In this document: positions 40,281 to 51,207 of the stretch, piece by piece | How positions within the stretch are numbered: position 1 is the first letter of the stretch | Layout of the letters: each line of letters starts with the position of its first letter | Assembly: GCA_020741275.1 (NCBI GenBank) | Contig: DYZK01000025.1 | Span: 12,747 to 76,746 of the forward strand | Source of the DNA: Corynebacterium urealyticum | GTDB lineage: Bacteria; Actinomycetota; Actinomycetes; Mycobacteriales; Mycobacteriaceae | Direction: 5' to 3' | DNA length: 64,000 bases | The notes under the pieces: generated by a model | Seen by the model: only the letters and a program-made list of their open reading frames with translations | The model's database searches: none | Told to the model about the DNA's origin: nothing | Position numbers and translations under genes: made by a program

Positions 40281-40805
40281 AGCGCCGCAGACCACGAGGA
40301 TCATCTCCAATGCATTGTTCACCGCGAGCTGCCGAATCACTGCCCGTGGCCGGGTCCCCAAGTCCAACGTGCGCACTGTCGTCTCGCCTTCCCCCATGGG
40401 CACCGACAACCCGATGTGAACCTCGCCGACCGAGTGTCCGTCCTGTTCCTCCGGCCCCGCTACACCAGTCAGCCCGACGCCGATACTCGCCCCGCAACGC
40501 TGCGCCGCACCCTTGGATAGTTGGACTGCCACTGCAGGGTCAACAGGGCCGCGTTTATGCAAAAGCTCCGGGTCCACCCCGGCCAGCGTAGCTTTGAGAT
40601 CCGTCGCATACACCACGAGGCCACCGCGCAGCACGGTTGACGCGCCGGGAGTATCTGCGATACATCCGGCGAGCATGCCGGCAGTAAGGGATTCAGCGGT
40701 AGCCAGCGTCCAGCCTCGCTGCCGGCAGGCGGCAATCACCTGGGCCGATAGATCTGCTGCCTGCGTGCGGAGCTCCCCCAGCGAGTCATTGACAACCCGA
40801 TCCAC
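40269..40805 (-). CDS. cinA: CinA-family nicotinamide-nucleotide amidohydrolase (PncC domain)
   Basis: TLATAESLTAGMLAGCIADTPGASTVLRGGLVVYA motif. The start is either GTG 40805 or the longest frame at 40850, which overlaps pgsA by 26 nt. Confidence 0.85.
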   Translation of the reverse strand: MDRVVNDSLGELRTQAADLSAQVIAACRQRGWTLATAESLTAGMLAGCIADTPGASTVLRGGLVVYATDLKATLAGVDPELLHKRGPVDPAVAVQLSKGAAQRCGASIGVGLTGVAGPEEQDGHSVGEVHIGLSVPMGEGETTVRTLDLGTRPRAVIRQLAVNNALEMILVVCGAGNK

Positions 40806-40824
40806 GATTGTGCCCGCCCCTCGA

Positions 40825-41439
40825 CTAGTTCTGCTTTCGTGAGTCCGCAATGTACTGCAGTCCAGTCAGCACGGTCACCGCAACCGCTAGAGCCATGACC
40901 CCGTGACCGATCCAGGTGACTGCACCGGCCAGCGGCATAATGTAAAGCGCAACGGCCAGGGTTTGCAGCACGGTTTTGAGCTTCCCGCCCTTAGATGCCG
41001 GAACCACCAGCCCGCGCCGGGCGAGAACCAGCCGCCACAGCGTGATGCCGAGCTCACGAACGACGATCACCGCGGTAACCGTCCACCACAGCTCGCCAAG
41101 CAGGTTCAGACTGATGAATGCCGCAAGCATCAGCAGCTTGTCCGCAATCGGATCGGCGAGCTTACCGAAGTCGGTGATCACCTCGTACTTGCGGGCGAGG
41201 TAACCGTCCAGCTGGTCGGTCACCATCAGCAGCAAAAAGACGACGAGCGCCCACCAACGGTCCGCCCGTGCGGCATCGACATCCTGCCACGCCCCCGTTC
41301 CCGCGATCACCCACAAGAATATGGGGATCAGCAGGATGCGGATGGTCGTGAGGACGTTCGGCACGTTAAAGCGACGCACAAAACGACCAAACGCGCTCAG
41401 CGTATCTGGTTGCGTGTTCCGCTCCACTGTTGTCTCCAC
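40825..41439 (-). CDS. pgsA: CDP-diacylglycerol--glycerol-3-phosphate 3-phosphatidyltransferase
   Basis: CDP-alcohol phosphotransferase motif DQLDGYLARKYEVITDFGKLADPIADK. The start is GTG 41439 or the longest frame at 41484, which overlaps terC. Confidence 0.88.
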   Translation of the reverse strand: METTVERNTQPDTLSAFGRFVRRFNVPNVLTTIRILLIPIFLWVIAGTGAWQDVDAARADRWWALVVFLLLMVTDQLDGYLARKYEVITDFGKLADPIADKLLMLAAFISLNLLGELWWTVTAVIVVRELGITLWRLVLARRGLVVPASKGGKLKTVLQTLAVALYIMPLAGAVTWIGHGVMALAVAVTVLTGLQYIADSRKQN

Positions 41440-41449
41440 GCTGGTAATT

Positions 41450-42565
41450 CTACCTACCTGCAGGATCTTTACCGAAACCGGCATCGCCCGCAGGTTCGGG
41501 CTTCGGATCCTCCGTCATCGAGGCCTGCTTCTGCTGGGCCTTCTTCCCCACCGTGAGGCTCAGCACGGTCGTGATAACCAGGGTCAAGACGATGAAAATC
41601 AGTGAGAACTCAACGGACACCTCCGGAACGGAGACATTGCCCCCGCCGTTGATAAACGGCAAGTTATTCTCATGCAACGCGTGCAGCACCAGCTTCACGC
41701 CGATGAACGCCAGGATGATAGACAGCCCGTAAGAGAGGTAGACCAGCTTCTCCAGCAGTCCGTCCAGCAAGAAGAACAGCTGGCGCAGCCCCATCAGGGC
41801 CAACGCATTGGCGGTGAAGACGATGTAGGGCTCGCTGGTGATGCCGTAGATCGCAGGGATCGAATCCAGTGCGAAGAGCACGTCGATGAAGCCGATGGCC
41901 AGCAACGCGACAAACAGCGGGGTCACCATGAGTCGGGCTTTTCCTGAGGACGTCTTCTTGCCGTCGACCTCGTCAGCCGCACCGCCCTCGCGGACGAAGA
42001 GACGGTCCGAGTGCATCTTGTCCGTCACCGGCACCGCCTTGCGCAGGATCCGGATGATCCTCATATCGTTGAGGTCGGTCTCTTCCGCCCCGGTGACCTC
42101 GTCATAGGCCAACTTCGCGGCGGTCCACAGAAGGAAGATGCCGAAGAGGTAGAACACATCAGACCAGCGGGCGATCGCCGCCGCGCCGAGCCAAATAAAT
42201 ACGCCACGCAAAACGAGCGCCATGAGGATGCCGGCGAGCAGTACCTTCTGCTGGTACTTACGTGGGATCTTAAACGTGGTGAGGATCAGCGAGAAGATGA
42301 ACAGGTTATCGACGCTGAGCGCCTTCTCAGTGATGTAGCCGGCAAAGAATTCCAGCCCGTGCTGGTGGGGGTTGCCCGGCTCACCCCAGGTGAACCAGAG
42401 GAAGACCCCGAAGATCATCGCCAGGCCAACATAAAACGCCGACCAGAGTGCGGATTCCTTCAGCGTCGGCTCATGCGGCGTGCGCACGTGGGTGAAAAAA
42501 TCGAAAACAAAGAATCCGAGCACCACCACCATCGTGATGCCCCAGGTTAAAGCATTAACTTCCAT
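41450..42565 (-). CDS. terC: TerC-family integral membrane protein (putative Mn/metal exporter)
   Basis: 371 aa with about 9 TM helices and TerC signatures (EKALSVDNLFIF, ALDSIPAI). It is preceded by a yybP-ykoY-like leader. Confidence 0.88.
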   Translation of the reverse strand: MEVNALTWGITMVVVLGFFVFDFFTHVRTPHEPTLKESALWSAFYVGLAMIFGVFLWFTWGEPGNPHQHGLEFFAGYITEKALSVDNLFIFSLILTTFKIPRKYQQKVLLAGILMALVLRGVFIWLGAAAIARWSDVFYLFGIFLLWTAAKLAYDEVTGAEETDLNDMRIIRILRKAVPVTDKMHSDRLFVREGGAADEVDGKKTSSGKARLMVTPLFVALLAIGFIDVLFALDSIPAIYGITSEPYIVFTANALALMGLRQLFFLLDGLLEKLVYLSYGLSIILAFIGVKLVLHALHENNLPFINGGGNVSVPEVSVEFSLIFIVLTLVITTVLSLTVGKKAQQKQASMTEDPKPEPAGDAGFGKDPAGR

Positions 42566-42568
42566 TGG

Positions 42569-42740
42569 TCCCTCCGGCCCTTAAAGCGTGTTCAACGACC
42601 GGAGGTCTCCCCCGCCAGGCTTAACGGGCCTGACCGGAGTGGCCGGGTGAGCGCCGCGCCGGCAGTGTTGAAACCCTGCTCGCCGCCGCTCCGCCGTGTT
42701 GACGACCGACTCCGTGGAATGGGGTACTCCCCTCCATCAG
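42569..42740 (-). promoter_or_regulatory. yybP-ykoY (manganese) riboswitch candidate with RBS-sequestering expression platform
   Basis: The minus strand reads GGAGG-GGAGUA (plus-strand coordinates 42735-42725) ... GUCAGGC ... GGGGAGACCUCC (42612-42601). These are the two conserved halves of the motif, closed by a GGAGG/CCUCC helix. The 3-prime CCUCCGG can instead pair with CCGGAGG (42577-42571), which is the terC SD. Confidence 0.6.
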
Positions 42741-42808
42741 GAGTAATGCTACACCAGCGACCAGACCGGGGACGGAAACCCCAGCTCAGGCCACCACGAG
42801 TGCATGCC

Positions 42809-45800
42809 TTAGAAGGCCCCCGAGGGCGGGCTAGCGGGAATAACGCGTGTCTGGGTGTCTTCGTCGCCACCATCATCGACCGAGTCGACGTTGGACGCAG
42901 CCGCCGGTGCCGAGCCCTCGGAACCTTCCTGGCTGTTGTCTTCCTCGACGATTTCCTTCGGCGCGTCTTCCGGATTGGCGCCCTTGATCATCCAGATGAT
43001 GGTGTCGAGCTCCTCCGGCTTGACCAGCACCTCGCGGGCCTTAGATCCCTCGGAGGGGCCCACCACTCCGCGGGTCTCCATGAGGTCCATCAGTCGGCCG
43101 GCCTTGGCGAAACCGATGCGGAGCTTACGCTGCAGCATCGATGTCGAACCGAACTGGGACGTCACGACCAACTCGACGGCCTGGATAAGGTCCTCGAGGT
43201 CGTCGCCGATGTCAGCATCGATGTTCTTCTTCGCCTCAGCGGACTTATCCTCGGTGACTCCCTCGGTGTAGTCCGGTTCAGCCTGTGCCTTGGCTTCCTC
43301 GACGACGTCGAAGATCTCCTCGTCGGTGACGAAGGCGCCCTGCATACGGATGGGTCGCGGCGCACCCTGCGGGATGAACAGCCCGTCGCCCATGCCGATG
43401 AGTTTTTCGGCGCCGGCCTGGTCGAGAATCACGCGAGAGTCCGTCAGCGAGCTGGTTGCGAAGGCCAGGCGCGACGGCACGTTGGTCTTGATCAGGCCGG
43501 TAACGACGTCCACGGACGGGCGCTGCGTCGCCAGGACCAGGTGGATGCCGGCGGCACGGGCCTTCTGGGTGATACGGACGATGGCGTCCTCGATCTCGCG
43601 CGGAGCGGTCATCATGAGGTCCGCGAGCTCGTCCACCACACAGACGATGTACGGGTACGGGCGGTATTCGCGCTCCGAGCCCAGCGGGGTGGTGATCTCC
43701 CCGGACTTGACCTTGCGGTTGAAGTCCTTGATATGGCGCACGCGGGTGGCCTTCATGTCCATGTACCGCTGCTCCATCTCCTCCACCAGCCAGGTCAGCG
43801 CAGCTGCTGCCTTCTTCGGCTGGGTGATGATTGGAGTGATGAGGTGCGGGATGCCCTCGTACGGCGTGAGCTCCACCATCTTCGGGTCAATGAGGATGAG
43901 GCGAACATCCTCCGGCGTGGCGCGGGTGAGCAAGGAAACCAACATCGAGTTCACGAACGCGGACTTACCGGAGCCGGTCGAACCGGCGACCAGCAGGTGT
44001 GGCATCTTCTGCAACGAGTGCCCCACAAAGTCGCCCTCGATGTTCTTGCCCAGGCCGATCAGCATCGGATCCTGGTTGGCCACCACGTCTGAGGAGCCCA
44101 GCACGTCGCCGAGGCGAACCATCTCGCGGTCGGAGTTCGGCACCTCGATGCCGACGGCGGACTTGCCCGGGATCGGGGTCAGCAGTCGGACATTATCCGT
44201 GGCCACCGCGTAGGCGAGGTTGGACTGCAGATTCGTGATCTTCGAGACCTTCACGCCGGGGCCCAGCTCGATCTCATAGCGGGTGACCGTCGGACCACGC
44301 TGGAAGCCGGTGACGTGGGCGTCGACGTTGAACTCCTCGAAGACCTCCGTGATCGCGTCGATCATCCGGTCATTAGCGTCGCTGCGCTCCTTCGCTGGCT
44401 CGCCCGGGATCAGCAGGTCGGTGGACGGCAGGACGTAGCTGCCTTCCACTCCGTGCTGCACCGCTGGAGCCGAGGACGCCCCCGACGCGGCGGAGTCCCC
44501 GTTTTCGTTCTGTCCCTCGGCCTTATCAGCGGCGAGTGCGGCAGCGTCGATGCCGGAGCGAGCGACGATAGCCTGGCGCATAGCCTCGCGGGTCTGGTTG
44601 ACAGCCTTGTCCCCTGCGGCGCGCTCCTCGGCCTGTCCCCGCCGGGCAGCGGGCTCAGCCTGCGGGGGTTCCTCCCTCGGCGTCGGGATCGCGGAGCGCT
44701 GCTGGGCCCGTGCGGCCTTGCGGCTCGGCGTCGACTGTTGCGGACTAGTGGCCACGTCGAGCACCGAGGTCTCATCGGTATCGGAAACCAGCGGGAGGGG
44801 TTCATCGACGTCATCGACGGCACGTGGCTCCGGCTGTCGTGGCGCAGCTGCTCTCGGGGCCGGGGCATTGCGGCGGCGGGTTCGCCGGGCGGGCTGCGCA
44901 GGCTCCTCCTCCACCGGGTAGTTGGCCATCGGGGATGTCTTCCGGGTGCGGGCCGGAAGCAGGTAGTCGTCCTGGTCCACGGCCTCATCGAGTCGCTGAT
45001 CGATTTCGCCGTACGGATCGTCGTCGTACTCCTCCTCCGGATGCCGGGAGAAGCGTTCACGCAGCGCATCGAACGCGCCGTCGAGTCCCAGCCAAGACAC
45101 GGAGCCGGCGAAGAATTCGGCGACCGTGCGACCGGTGAGCTGCAGGGCACCGTAAATCATGATGAGGAACAACAGCGGAACGGCAACGTAGTTGCTGAAG
45201 CCCACGGACATTGGCGTGCCGATGAACTGGCCGACGATGCCGCCGGCTCCGGCTTTGTCCGCGGTGCTGGTCGGCAAACCAGCGAAGATATGGATGATCC
45301 CCAACAGGGGACCGGCGACAAGCCCCACCCCCAAGCCGCGGCGCAGGTCGGAGCTCTGCGTGGTGCGGATTCCGAACATGAGGATCCAGAACAGCCCCAG
45401 TAGCGCGAACGGAACGATATAAGCCCCAACGCCGATAGCCCAAGTCAGAGCGTAGGCAATGGCCTTTCCGACCGCCCCGGCAACGTTGAACCACAGCGTA
45501 GCGCCGAGTACTACCGCAGCGCCGGCGCTGATCAGAGCCGGACCGTCGAAGCCACCGCCGATCTGGCGCGGACCGTCTGAGAAGCTCCCCTCGTCGTCAA
45601 GCTGTGTGTCTTCGACCGGCGCCACCTCCTTCGCCACCGACTTCGTGCGTCGGGGACGCCGCGGCTGGGTGCCGTCTTCGTGCTGCTGAGAGGCCAAACC
45701 TTCTACTTTCTTCTTCGATGTGCGAGCTTGTGATCGGTGCGAGGCAGGCTCGGCTGCGCCTTCATCCTCATTCTCGTTTCGGGGGCGCCGGAGCGCGCCA

Positions 45801-46108
45801 CCAATACCGCTGGCGACCGAATCCGCGATCGTTTTGATGCTTCCGCCAACGGCGCGGTAGGCACTGCCCGTCCTACCAAACTCCATGTCGGAGGCCCCAC
45901 CGCCCGGCCTCGTGATCTTGGCCGTCGACGCACCAGGGTCGACGGAGAGGTCCTCGTCGATCCCCATGCGTGGGGCACGGCGCCTCGCCACTGGGCGAGA
46001 ATTCCGCTCACCGGGGCGAGAGTGAGAGCGCCGGGAGCGGTTGCGGGAAGGCGACGTGCCGGGACGGTTTCTGACAGACATGTCCGCCATATTAGTCCCA
46101 GTAGTCAC
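42809..46108 (-). CDS. ftsK: DNA translocase FtsK
   Basis: A basic N-terminus, 4 TM helices, a long Pro/Ala/Arg linker, a motor domain ([16 protein letters not shown]) and a gamma wHTH ([19 protein letters not shown]). The start could be ATG 46090 or 46081. Confidence 0.95.
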   Translation of the reverse strand: MTTGTNMADMSVRNRPGTSPSRNRSRRSHSRPGERNSRPVARRRAPRMGIDEDLSVDPGASTAKITRPGGGASDMEFGRTGSAYRAVGGSIKTIADSVASGIGGALRRPRNENEDEGAAEPASHRSQARTSKKKVEGLASQQHEDGTQPRRPRRTKSVAKEVAPVEDTQLDDEGSFSDGPRQIGGGFDGPALISAGAAVVLGATLWFNVAGAVGKAIAYALTWAIGVGAYIVPFALLGLFWILMFGIRTTQSSDLRRGLGVGLVAGPLLGIIHIFAGLPTSTADKAGAGGIVGQFIGTPMSVGFSNYVAVPLLFLIMIYGALQLTGRTVAEFFAGSVSWLGLDGAFDALRERFSRHPEEEYDDDPYGEIDQRLDEAVDQDDYLLPARTRKTSPMANYPVEEEPAQPARRTRRRNAPAPRAAAPRQPEPRAVDDVDEPLPLVSDTDETSVLDVATSPQQSTPSRKAARAQQRSAIPTPREEPPQAEPAARRGQAEERAAGDKAVNQTREAMRQAIVARSGIDAAALAADKAEGQNENGDSAASGASSAPAVQHGVEGSYVLPSTDLLIPGEPAKERSDANDRMIDAITEVFEEFNVDAHVTGFQRGPTVTRYEIELGPGVKVSKITNLQSNLAYAVATDNVRLLTPIPGKSAVGIEVPNSDREMVRLGDVLGSSDVVANQDPMLIGLGKNIEGDFVGHSLQKMPHLLVAGSTGSGKSAFVNSMLVSLLTRATPEDVRLILIDPKMVELTPYEGIPHLITPIITQPKKAAAALTWLVEEMEQRYMDMKATRVRHIKDFNRKVKSGEITTPLGSEREYRPYPYIVCVVDELADLMMTAPREIEDAIVRITQKARAAGIHLVLATQRPSVDVVTGLIKTNVPSRLAFATSSLTDSRVILDQAGAEKLIGMGDGLFIPQGAPRPIRMQGAFVTDEEIFDVVEEAKAQAEPDYTEGVTEDKSAEAKKNIDADIGDDLEDLIQAVELVVTSQFGSTSMLQRKLRIGFAKAGRLMDLMETRGVVGPSEGSKAREVLVKPEELDTIIWMIKGANPEDAPKEIVEEDNSQEGSEGSAPAAASNVDSVDDGGDEDTQTRVIPASPPSGAF

Positions 46109-46219
46109 ATGTTTAACACTTTCAACACGCCACGCAGTGGGATTCGTGGCGAGTACATCCGTACTTCAAGTACGCGACTCCCCTCCCCCACCGTCCAGCG
46201 GGCCCGAAGAAATGCTGGG

Positions 46220-46276
46220 AGAAATGAAAGACCGGGCCGGGGTCACCGTGTGCTTCACGGCAAGCCCTCGGCCCGG
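46220..46276 (-). terminator. putative rnj terminator (compound hairpin plus U-rich tail)
   Basis: An outer 8-bp stem (CCGGGCCG / CGGCCCGG, 46232-46239 and 46269-46276) encloses an inner ccgtg/cacgg stem. On the minus strand it is followed by ucuuucauuucuc. Confidence 0.5.
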
Positions 46277-46292
46277 ACAGTCAGTTCAGTCG

Positions 46293-48515
46293 TTACTGAG
46301 CAGGCACGGACGGTCCGTCCTCCAGCTCCTCAACGATCTCACTGGTCATCGGAACCACGGTTGGGACGATCAGCGGCTTACGGTTCCACTTATCGGACAC
46401 GTGACGGGCTACGCGACGACGCAGGGTCTGAGCCATGCGGTAAGGGTTATTCTCCCCTTCGCCAGCCAGGTCCATCATCACGTCGTCGGCGATCTCGCCG
46501 AGCTCCTTGAGCAGGTCCTTGGCATCCCCAGAGAAGCCCTTGGCCTGGATGTGCGGAGCCTCCAGCGGACGGCCGGTGCGGTTGTCGATGACAACAGACA
46601 CGGCGATGAGGCCGCCCTCGGCCATCGCGGTGCGGTCCTCGAGAGTATCTGCGTCCACGTCGCCCATGCGGGTGCCGTCGACGTACAGGTTGCCCACGGT
46701 GATCTGTCCCACGACCTTCGCGTGGCCGTTATGCAGGTCCACGACGACGCCGTTCTGGGCCAGTGGGACGTTCTTCGGGTCCACGCCGGTCGAGATGGCC
46801 AGGTCGCGGTTAGCGCGCAGATGGCGCCACTCGCCGTGCACTGGCATCGCGTTACGCGGACGCGCGGCGTTGTAAAGGAACAGCAGCTCTCCTGCCAGAC
46901 CGTGACCAGAGGTGTGGACGTTGGCGTCGCGGCTGGTGACCACCGTGGCACCGATCTGCGAGAGCATGTTGATCACGCCGAACACTGCCTCCTCGTTACC
47001 CGGAACCAGGGAGGAAGAAAGAATGATCAGGTCGCCGTTGCGGACGGTGATCTGGCGGTGCTCCCGGCGTGCCATGCGAGACAGTGCAGCCATCGGCTCA
47101 CCCTGGGTGCCGGTGGTAATGAGAACCACCTTGTGCGGAGCCATGCGGGAGGCCTCGTCCATGGAGACGATGGTGCCTCGCGGGGCGTTCAGGTAACCCA
47201 TGCGCTCTGCGATCTCCATGTTCCGGATCATCGAGCGGCCGGTGAAGGCCACCTTGCGGTTCGCCGCCACCGCCGCGTTCACGGCGGACTGGATGCGAGC
47301 CACGTTGGAGGCGAAGGATGCCAGGATCACGCGCTGCTTCGCATCGCGGATCAGGCGGGTCAACGTCGGGGCAACGTCTGCTTCAGAACCGGAGAATCCC
47401 GGGGTTGCGGCGTTGGTGGAGTCGCAGAGCATGAGATCCACGCCCTCATCGCCGAAGCGCGACAGCGCCGGCAGGTCCGTCGGACGGCCGTCGATCGGGG
47501 TCTGGTCGAGCTTAATGTCGCCAGTGTGGATCACCAGACCGGCCGGGGTCTTCAGCGCGATGCCAAGGCAATCCGGAATGGAGTGGTTGACGTTCCAGAA
47601 ACGCAGGTCAAACGGACCGTAATTCACGTGAGACTGGTCGTTGACCTCGACGATCTTCGGGCGCTGACGGTGCTCCTGGGTCTTGGCCTGGATGAGTGCC
47701 GCGGTGAAGCGGGAGGCAACGATCGGGATGTCCGCGCGCTGCTTCAGCAGCCACGGGATCGCACCGATGTGGTCCTCGTGACCGTGGGTGATCACAAGAG
47801 CCTCGACGCGGTCCCACTTATCATCCAGGTAGGAGAAGTCCGGCAGGATCAGGTCCACGCCCGGCTCACCGCTGGATGGGAAGAGCACGCCACAGTCGAT
47901 AAGCAGCAGGCGGCCGTCGTACTCGAAGACAGTCATGTTGCGGCCGATCTCGGAGATACCACCGAGAGCGACGATGCGCAGCCCGCCCTTGGGCAGAGCC
48001 GGCGGCTCTGGCAGGCGCTTGGTCAGATCCGCACCCTGCATGGCCTGCAGCGCACCGCGACGACGGTCCCCGCCGCGGCCACGGCGGTTGTTGTTCCCGT
48101 TGCGGCCGCCGGACTTGGACTTATTTCCACCGCGACCGGAGTTGTTCTGGCCGCCGCGGTTATCACCGCCCTGCTTATCGCCGTTGTGAGCGCCCTTGGA
48201 ACGACCACGGCCGCGGGAGCGACGATTACGGGAACGACCCCCGCCGTTACCGCCATTGTTATCGCCATTGCTGTCGCCGACCGAGCGCTGGCCACCCTTG
48301 TCGGAGCCCTCGCCGGCGCCGGAGTTCTGGGCCGTCTGCTGGCCGCCGTCATTGAAAACGGTCGCAGCCTCAGCGTTGCTCACGCGTGCCTTATCGGAAC
48401 GCTCGCGCTGCTGCTCAGCGCCCGCGTTCCCCGCATCGGATTGTGCAGCAGTTTCCGCGCTCGGCGGAGCCGCCTTTCGGGTTACCTTGCGTCCCCGAGA
48501 ACGATTTTCAGTCAT
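46293..48515 (-). CDS. rnj: ribonuclease J with long N-terminal Arg/Gly/Asn-rich extension
   Basis: Metallo-beta-lactamase/beta-CASP core (LLIDCGV, ITHGHEDHIGA) after about 175 aa of low-complexity RGG/NNG sequence. Size is 740 aa. Confidence 0.93.
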   Translation of the reverse strand: MTENRSRGRKVTRKAAPPSAETAAQSDAGNAGAEQQRERSDKARVSNAEAATVFNDGGQQTAQNSGAGEGSDKGGQRSVGDSNGDNNGGNGGGRSRNRRSRGRGRSKGAHNGDKQGGDNRGGQNNSGRGGNKSKSGGRNGNNNRRGRGGDRRRGALQAMQGADLTKRLPEPPALPKGGLRIVALGGISEIGRNMTVFEYDGRLLLIDCGVLFPSSGEPGVDLILPDFSYLDDKWDRVEALVITHGHEDHIGAIPWLLKQRADIPIVASRFTAALIQAKTQEHRQRPKIVEVNDQSHVNYGPFDLRFWNVNHSIPDCLGIALKTPAGLVIHTGDIKLDQTPIDGRPTDLPALSRFGDEGVDLMLCDSTNAATPGFSGSEADVAPTLTRLIRDAKQRVILASFASNVARIQSAVNAAVAANRKVAFTGRSMIRNMEIAERMGYLNAPRGTIVSMDEASRMAPHKVVLITTGTQGEPMAALSRMARREHRQITVRNGDLIILSSSLVPGNEEAVFGVINMLSQIGATVVTSRDANVHTSGHGLAGELLFLYNAARPRNAMPVHGEWRHLRANRDLAISTGVDPKNVPLAQNGVVVDLHNGHAKVVGQITVGNLYVDGTRMGDVDADTLEDRTAMAEGGLIAVSVVIDNRTGRPLEAPHIQAKGFSGDAKDLLKELGEIADDVMMDLAGEGENNPYRMAQTLRRRVARHVSDKWNRKPLIVPTVVPMTSEIVEELEDGPSVPAQ

Positions 48516-48524
48516 ATTATCCTT

Positions 48525-49427
48525 TTAAACCCCTGCATCCTGCAGGTCTTGTTCCAGCTGATCAAGTTCGGCTGGGTCTACTTCCAAAATTGGTAGGCGC
48601 GGCGCACCAACGTCCTTGCCACGCAGCTTCAACGCCGCCTTCACCATCGTCACTCCCCCGAGCCGTCCCTGGGCCCGCTCCAGCGGAGCCAGGCTCGCGG
48701 CGATCTGCTGAGCGCCTGCCAAGTCGCCCTGGTCATAGGCATCGCGCAGAGCGCGCAGCTTGTCCGCAGCCAGGTGACCGATGACGGAAATGAAGCCCGT
48801 CGCACCGACCGAAAGGAACGGCAGGTTCAGCGGGTCATCGCCGGAGTACCAGGCCAGATCCGTGTTCTGCAGCAACTGCAGTGCCTCCGGAAGCGTGCCC
48901 TTGGCGTCCTTGACTGCCTGAATGTTCTCGTGCTCCGACAGCCGCTGGATGGTGTCCATTTCGATGGGAACGACCGACCGGGACGGAATGTCGTAGAGGC
49001 AAATCGGGAGATCGACGCTGTCCGCTACCGCAGTGAAGTGCTGGAACAGCCCCTCCTGGCTCGGTCGGGAGTAGTACGGGGTGACGACGAGCAGCGAATC
49101 CGCACCGGCGTCCTGCGACAGCCGGGAGAGTTCGATGGTGCTCGCGGTGTTGTTCGTGCCGGTGCCAGCGATCAGCTTGACGCTATCGCCAAGTTCAGCG
49201 CGAACTGCCTTGAGTAGGTTGATCTTCTCCTCGTTGGTCGTGGTTGGAGATTCTCCGGTCGTACCAGCGAGAACGAGAGAATCGCAGCCTTTATCAACCA
49301 GGTACCCGGCGAGCTCGACGCCCGCCTTCAGGTCGATAGTCCCGTCCTTGTGGAATGGCGTCACCATTGCCACAGAGACCGTTCCGAAGTGTTCAGCACC
49401 ACGAATTGCTGCATTACCTGTACTCAT
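48525..49427 (-). CDS. dapA: 4-hydroxy-tetrahydrodipicolinate synthase
   Basis: VAMVTPF...[14 protein letters not shown]...[10 protein letters not shown]...DAKG, 300 aa. Confidence 0.95.
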   Translation of the reverse strand: MSTGNAAIRGAEHFGTVSVAMVTPFHKDGTIDLKAGVELAGYLVDKGCDSLVLAGTTGESPTTTNEEKINLLKAVRAELGDSVKLIAGTGTNNTASTIELSRLSQDAGADSLLVVTPYYSRPSQEGLFQHFTAVADSVDLPICLYDIPSRSVVPIEMDTIQRLSEHENIQAVKDAKGTLPEALQLLQNTDLAWYSGDDPLNLPFLSVGATGFISVIGHLAADKLRALRDAYDQGDLAGAQQIAASLAPLERAQGRLGGVTMVKAALKLRGKDVGAPRLPILEVDPAELDQLEQDLQDAGV

Positions 49428-49472
49428 AGGTGTAAAGATTACCTTTCTTCACCAGGTTTGTGGTTATTTGCT

Positions 49473-49498
49473 GCTCCCCGTGTCCCGTATCGGGGAGC
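49473..49498 (-). terminator. GC-rich hairpin downstream of thyX (possible terminator or attenuator before dapA)
   Basis: A perfect 8-bp stem (gctccccg / cggggagc) with a 10-nt loop. There is no clear U-tract on the minus strand. Confidence 0.35.
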
Positions 49499-49534
49499 GC
49501 TTTCTCCAGTTTCCGACGACTCCAGCGCCGCGAA

Positions 49535-50299
49535 CTAGATATCGCTGACGTAGGGGCTTGTCGCGATCTGGGTCTTATCCCGCAACTCGGTAATCGAGAA
49601 GTCCTCGAAAACCTCCGGGGCGATCGACTGGAGCTCAACGAGGCATGCAATCGCCACCCGACGAATCTCCGGGTCGGCATGCTCGGTCGCCCGCATGGCA
49701 ATGAAGTGTCGCCAGCTGCGGAAGTTGCCGGACATGACGAAGCGGGTCTCCGCCGCGTTCGGCAGGACAGCACGTGCCGCCTGTCGGGCTTGCTTGGCCC
49801 GCAGCGCAGCATTCACCCTCGCGCTCGCTCCCTCGTCGAGCTCCTCGTTGAGGCTGTCCAGGATTTCGGTGTAGGCGCCGTGCGCGACGTCTGCTGCCTG
49901 GAGAAAGAGCCTCTCCAGGTCAGGATTATCCTGCACGCTGCGCGGCACAATGACCCGTGCCTCGTCATCCGGGACGTAGCGCTGGGAAAGCTGGCTGAAG
50001 GAGAACATCCGGTGCCGCATGACCTCGTGGGCACAGGAGCGAGACACGCCGCGCAAGTACATCGTCGCGCTGGAGTGCTCCAATACCGCGAGGTGGCCCA
50101 CGTCCATGATGTGTCGGAGGTAGGCGGCATTCGTTGCGGTGTGCGGATTGGGTTTATCCCAGGTCTCGTAGCACGCGCGCCCAGCGAATTCGAGAAGCGC
50201 GGACGGGCCATCGGTATCCGTTTCCCAATCGATATCCGCCGGTGCGTGGAATTGGGTATGCCCGATGAGCTGGACGTCGAGTTCCACCGGTGTTGCCAT
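49535..50299 (-). CDS. thyX: FAD-dependent thymidylate synthase ThyX
   Basis: The ThyX motif RHRMFSFSQLSQRY is present, as is the position between dapB and dapA. ATG 50299 is chosen, and the ORF is open to 50353 into dapB. Confidence 0.93.
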   Translation of the reverse strand: MATPVELDVQLIGHTQFHAPADIDWETDTDGPSALLEFAGRACYETWDKPNPHTATNAAYLRHIMDVGHLAVLEHSSATMYLRGVSRSCAHEVMRHRMFSFSQLSQRYVPDDEARVIVPRSVQDNPDLERLFLQAADVAHGAYTEILDSLNEELDEGASARVNAALRAKQARQAARAVLPNAAETRFVMSGNFRSWRHFIAMRATEHADPEIRRVAIACLVELQSIAPEVFEDFSITELRDKTQIATSPYVSDI

Positions 50300-50321
50300 A
50301 GCGTTCTCCGTCGCCCGAGTC

Positions 50322-51107
<786 letters not shown>

Positions 51108-51147
51108 CTATTAAGCCCCGACGAGTGGCCGGGCATTGCTGATATCA

Positions 51148-51193
51148 AGACTAATAAGACGAAGCGGGCACCGTGTGATGTGGTGCCCGCTTC
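51148..51193 (-). terminator. intrinsic terminator downstream of pnp
   Basis: A perfect 12-bp stem (gaagcgggcacc / ggtgcccgcttc, 51161-51193) with a 9-nt loop. On the minus strand it is followed by gucuuauuagucuug. Confidence 0.75.
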
Positions 51194-51207
51194 TAGCGTT
51201 GAGCCGC

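Noticed and set aside
46041-48596. An 851-aa plus-strand ORF antisense to rnj. Similar giant antisense ORFs occur at 1696-3549 (vs sigA), 4021-5538 (vs helicase), 42647-44092 (vs ftsK), 51136-53589 (vs pnp), 60454-62757 (vs infB), 10775-11839 (vs galE) and 16011-16886 (vs helicase).
   Set aside because: Each lies opposite a gene with strong family motifs. Their translations are Arg/Gly/Leu/His-rich with no recognisable domains. Long stop-free antisense frames are expected at this GC content.
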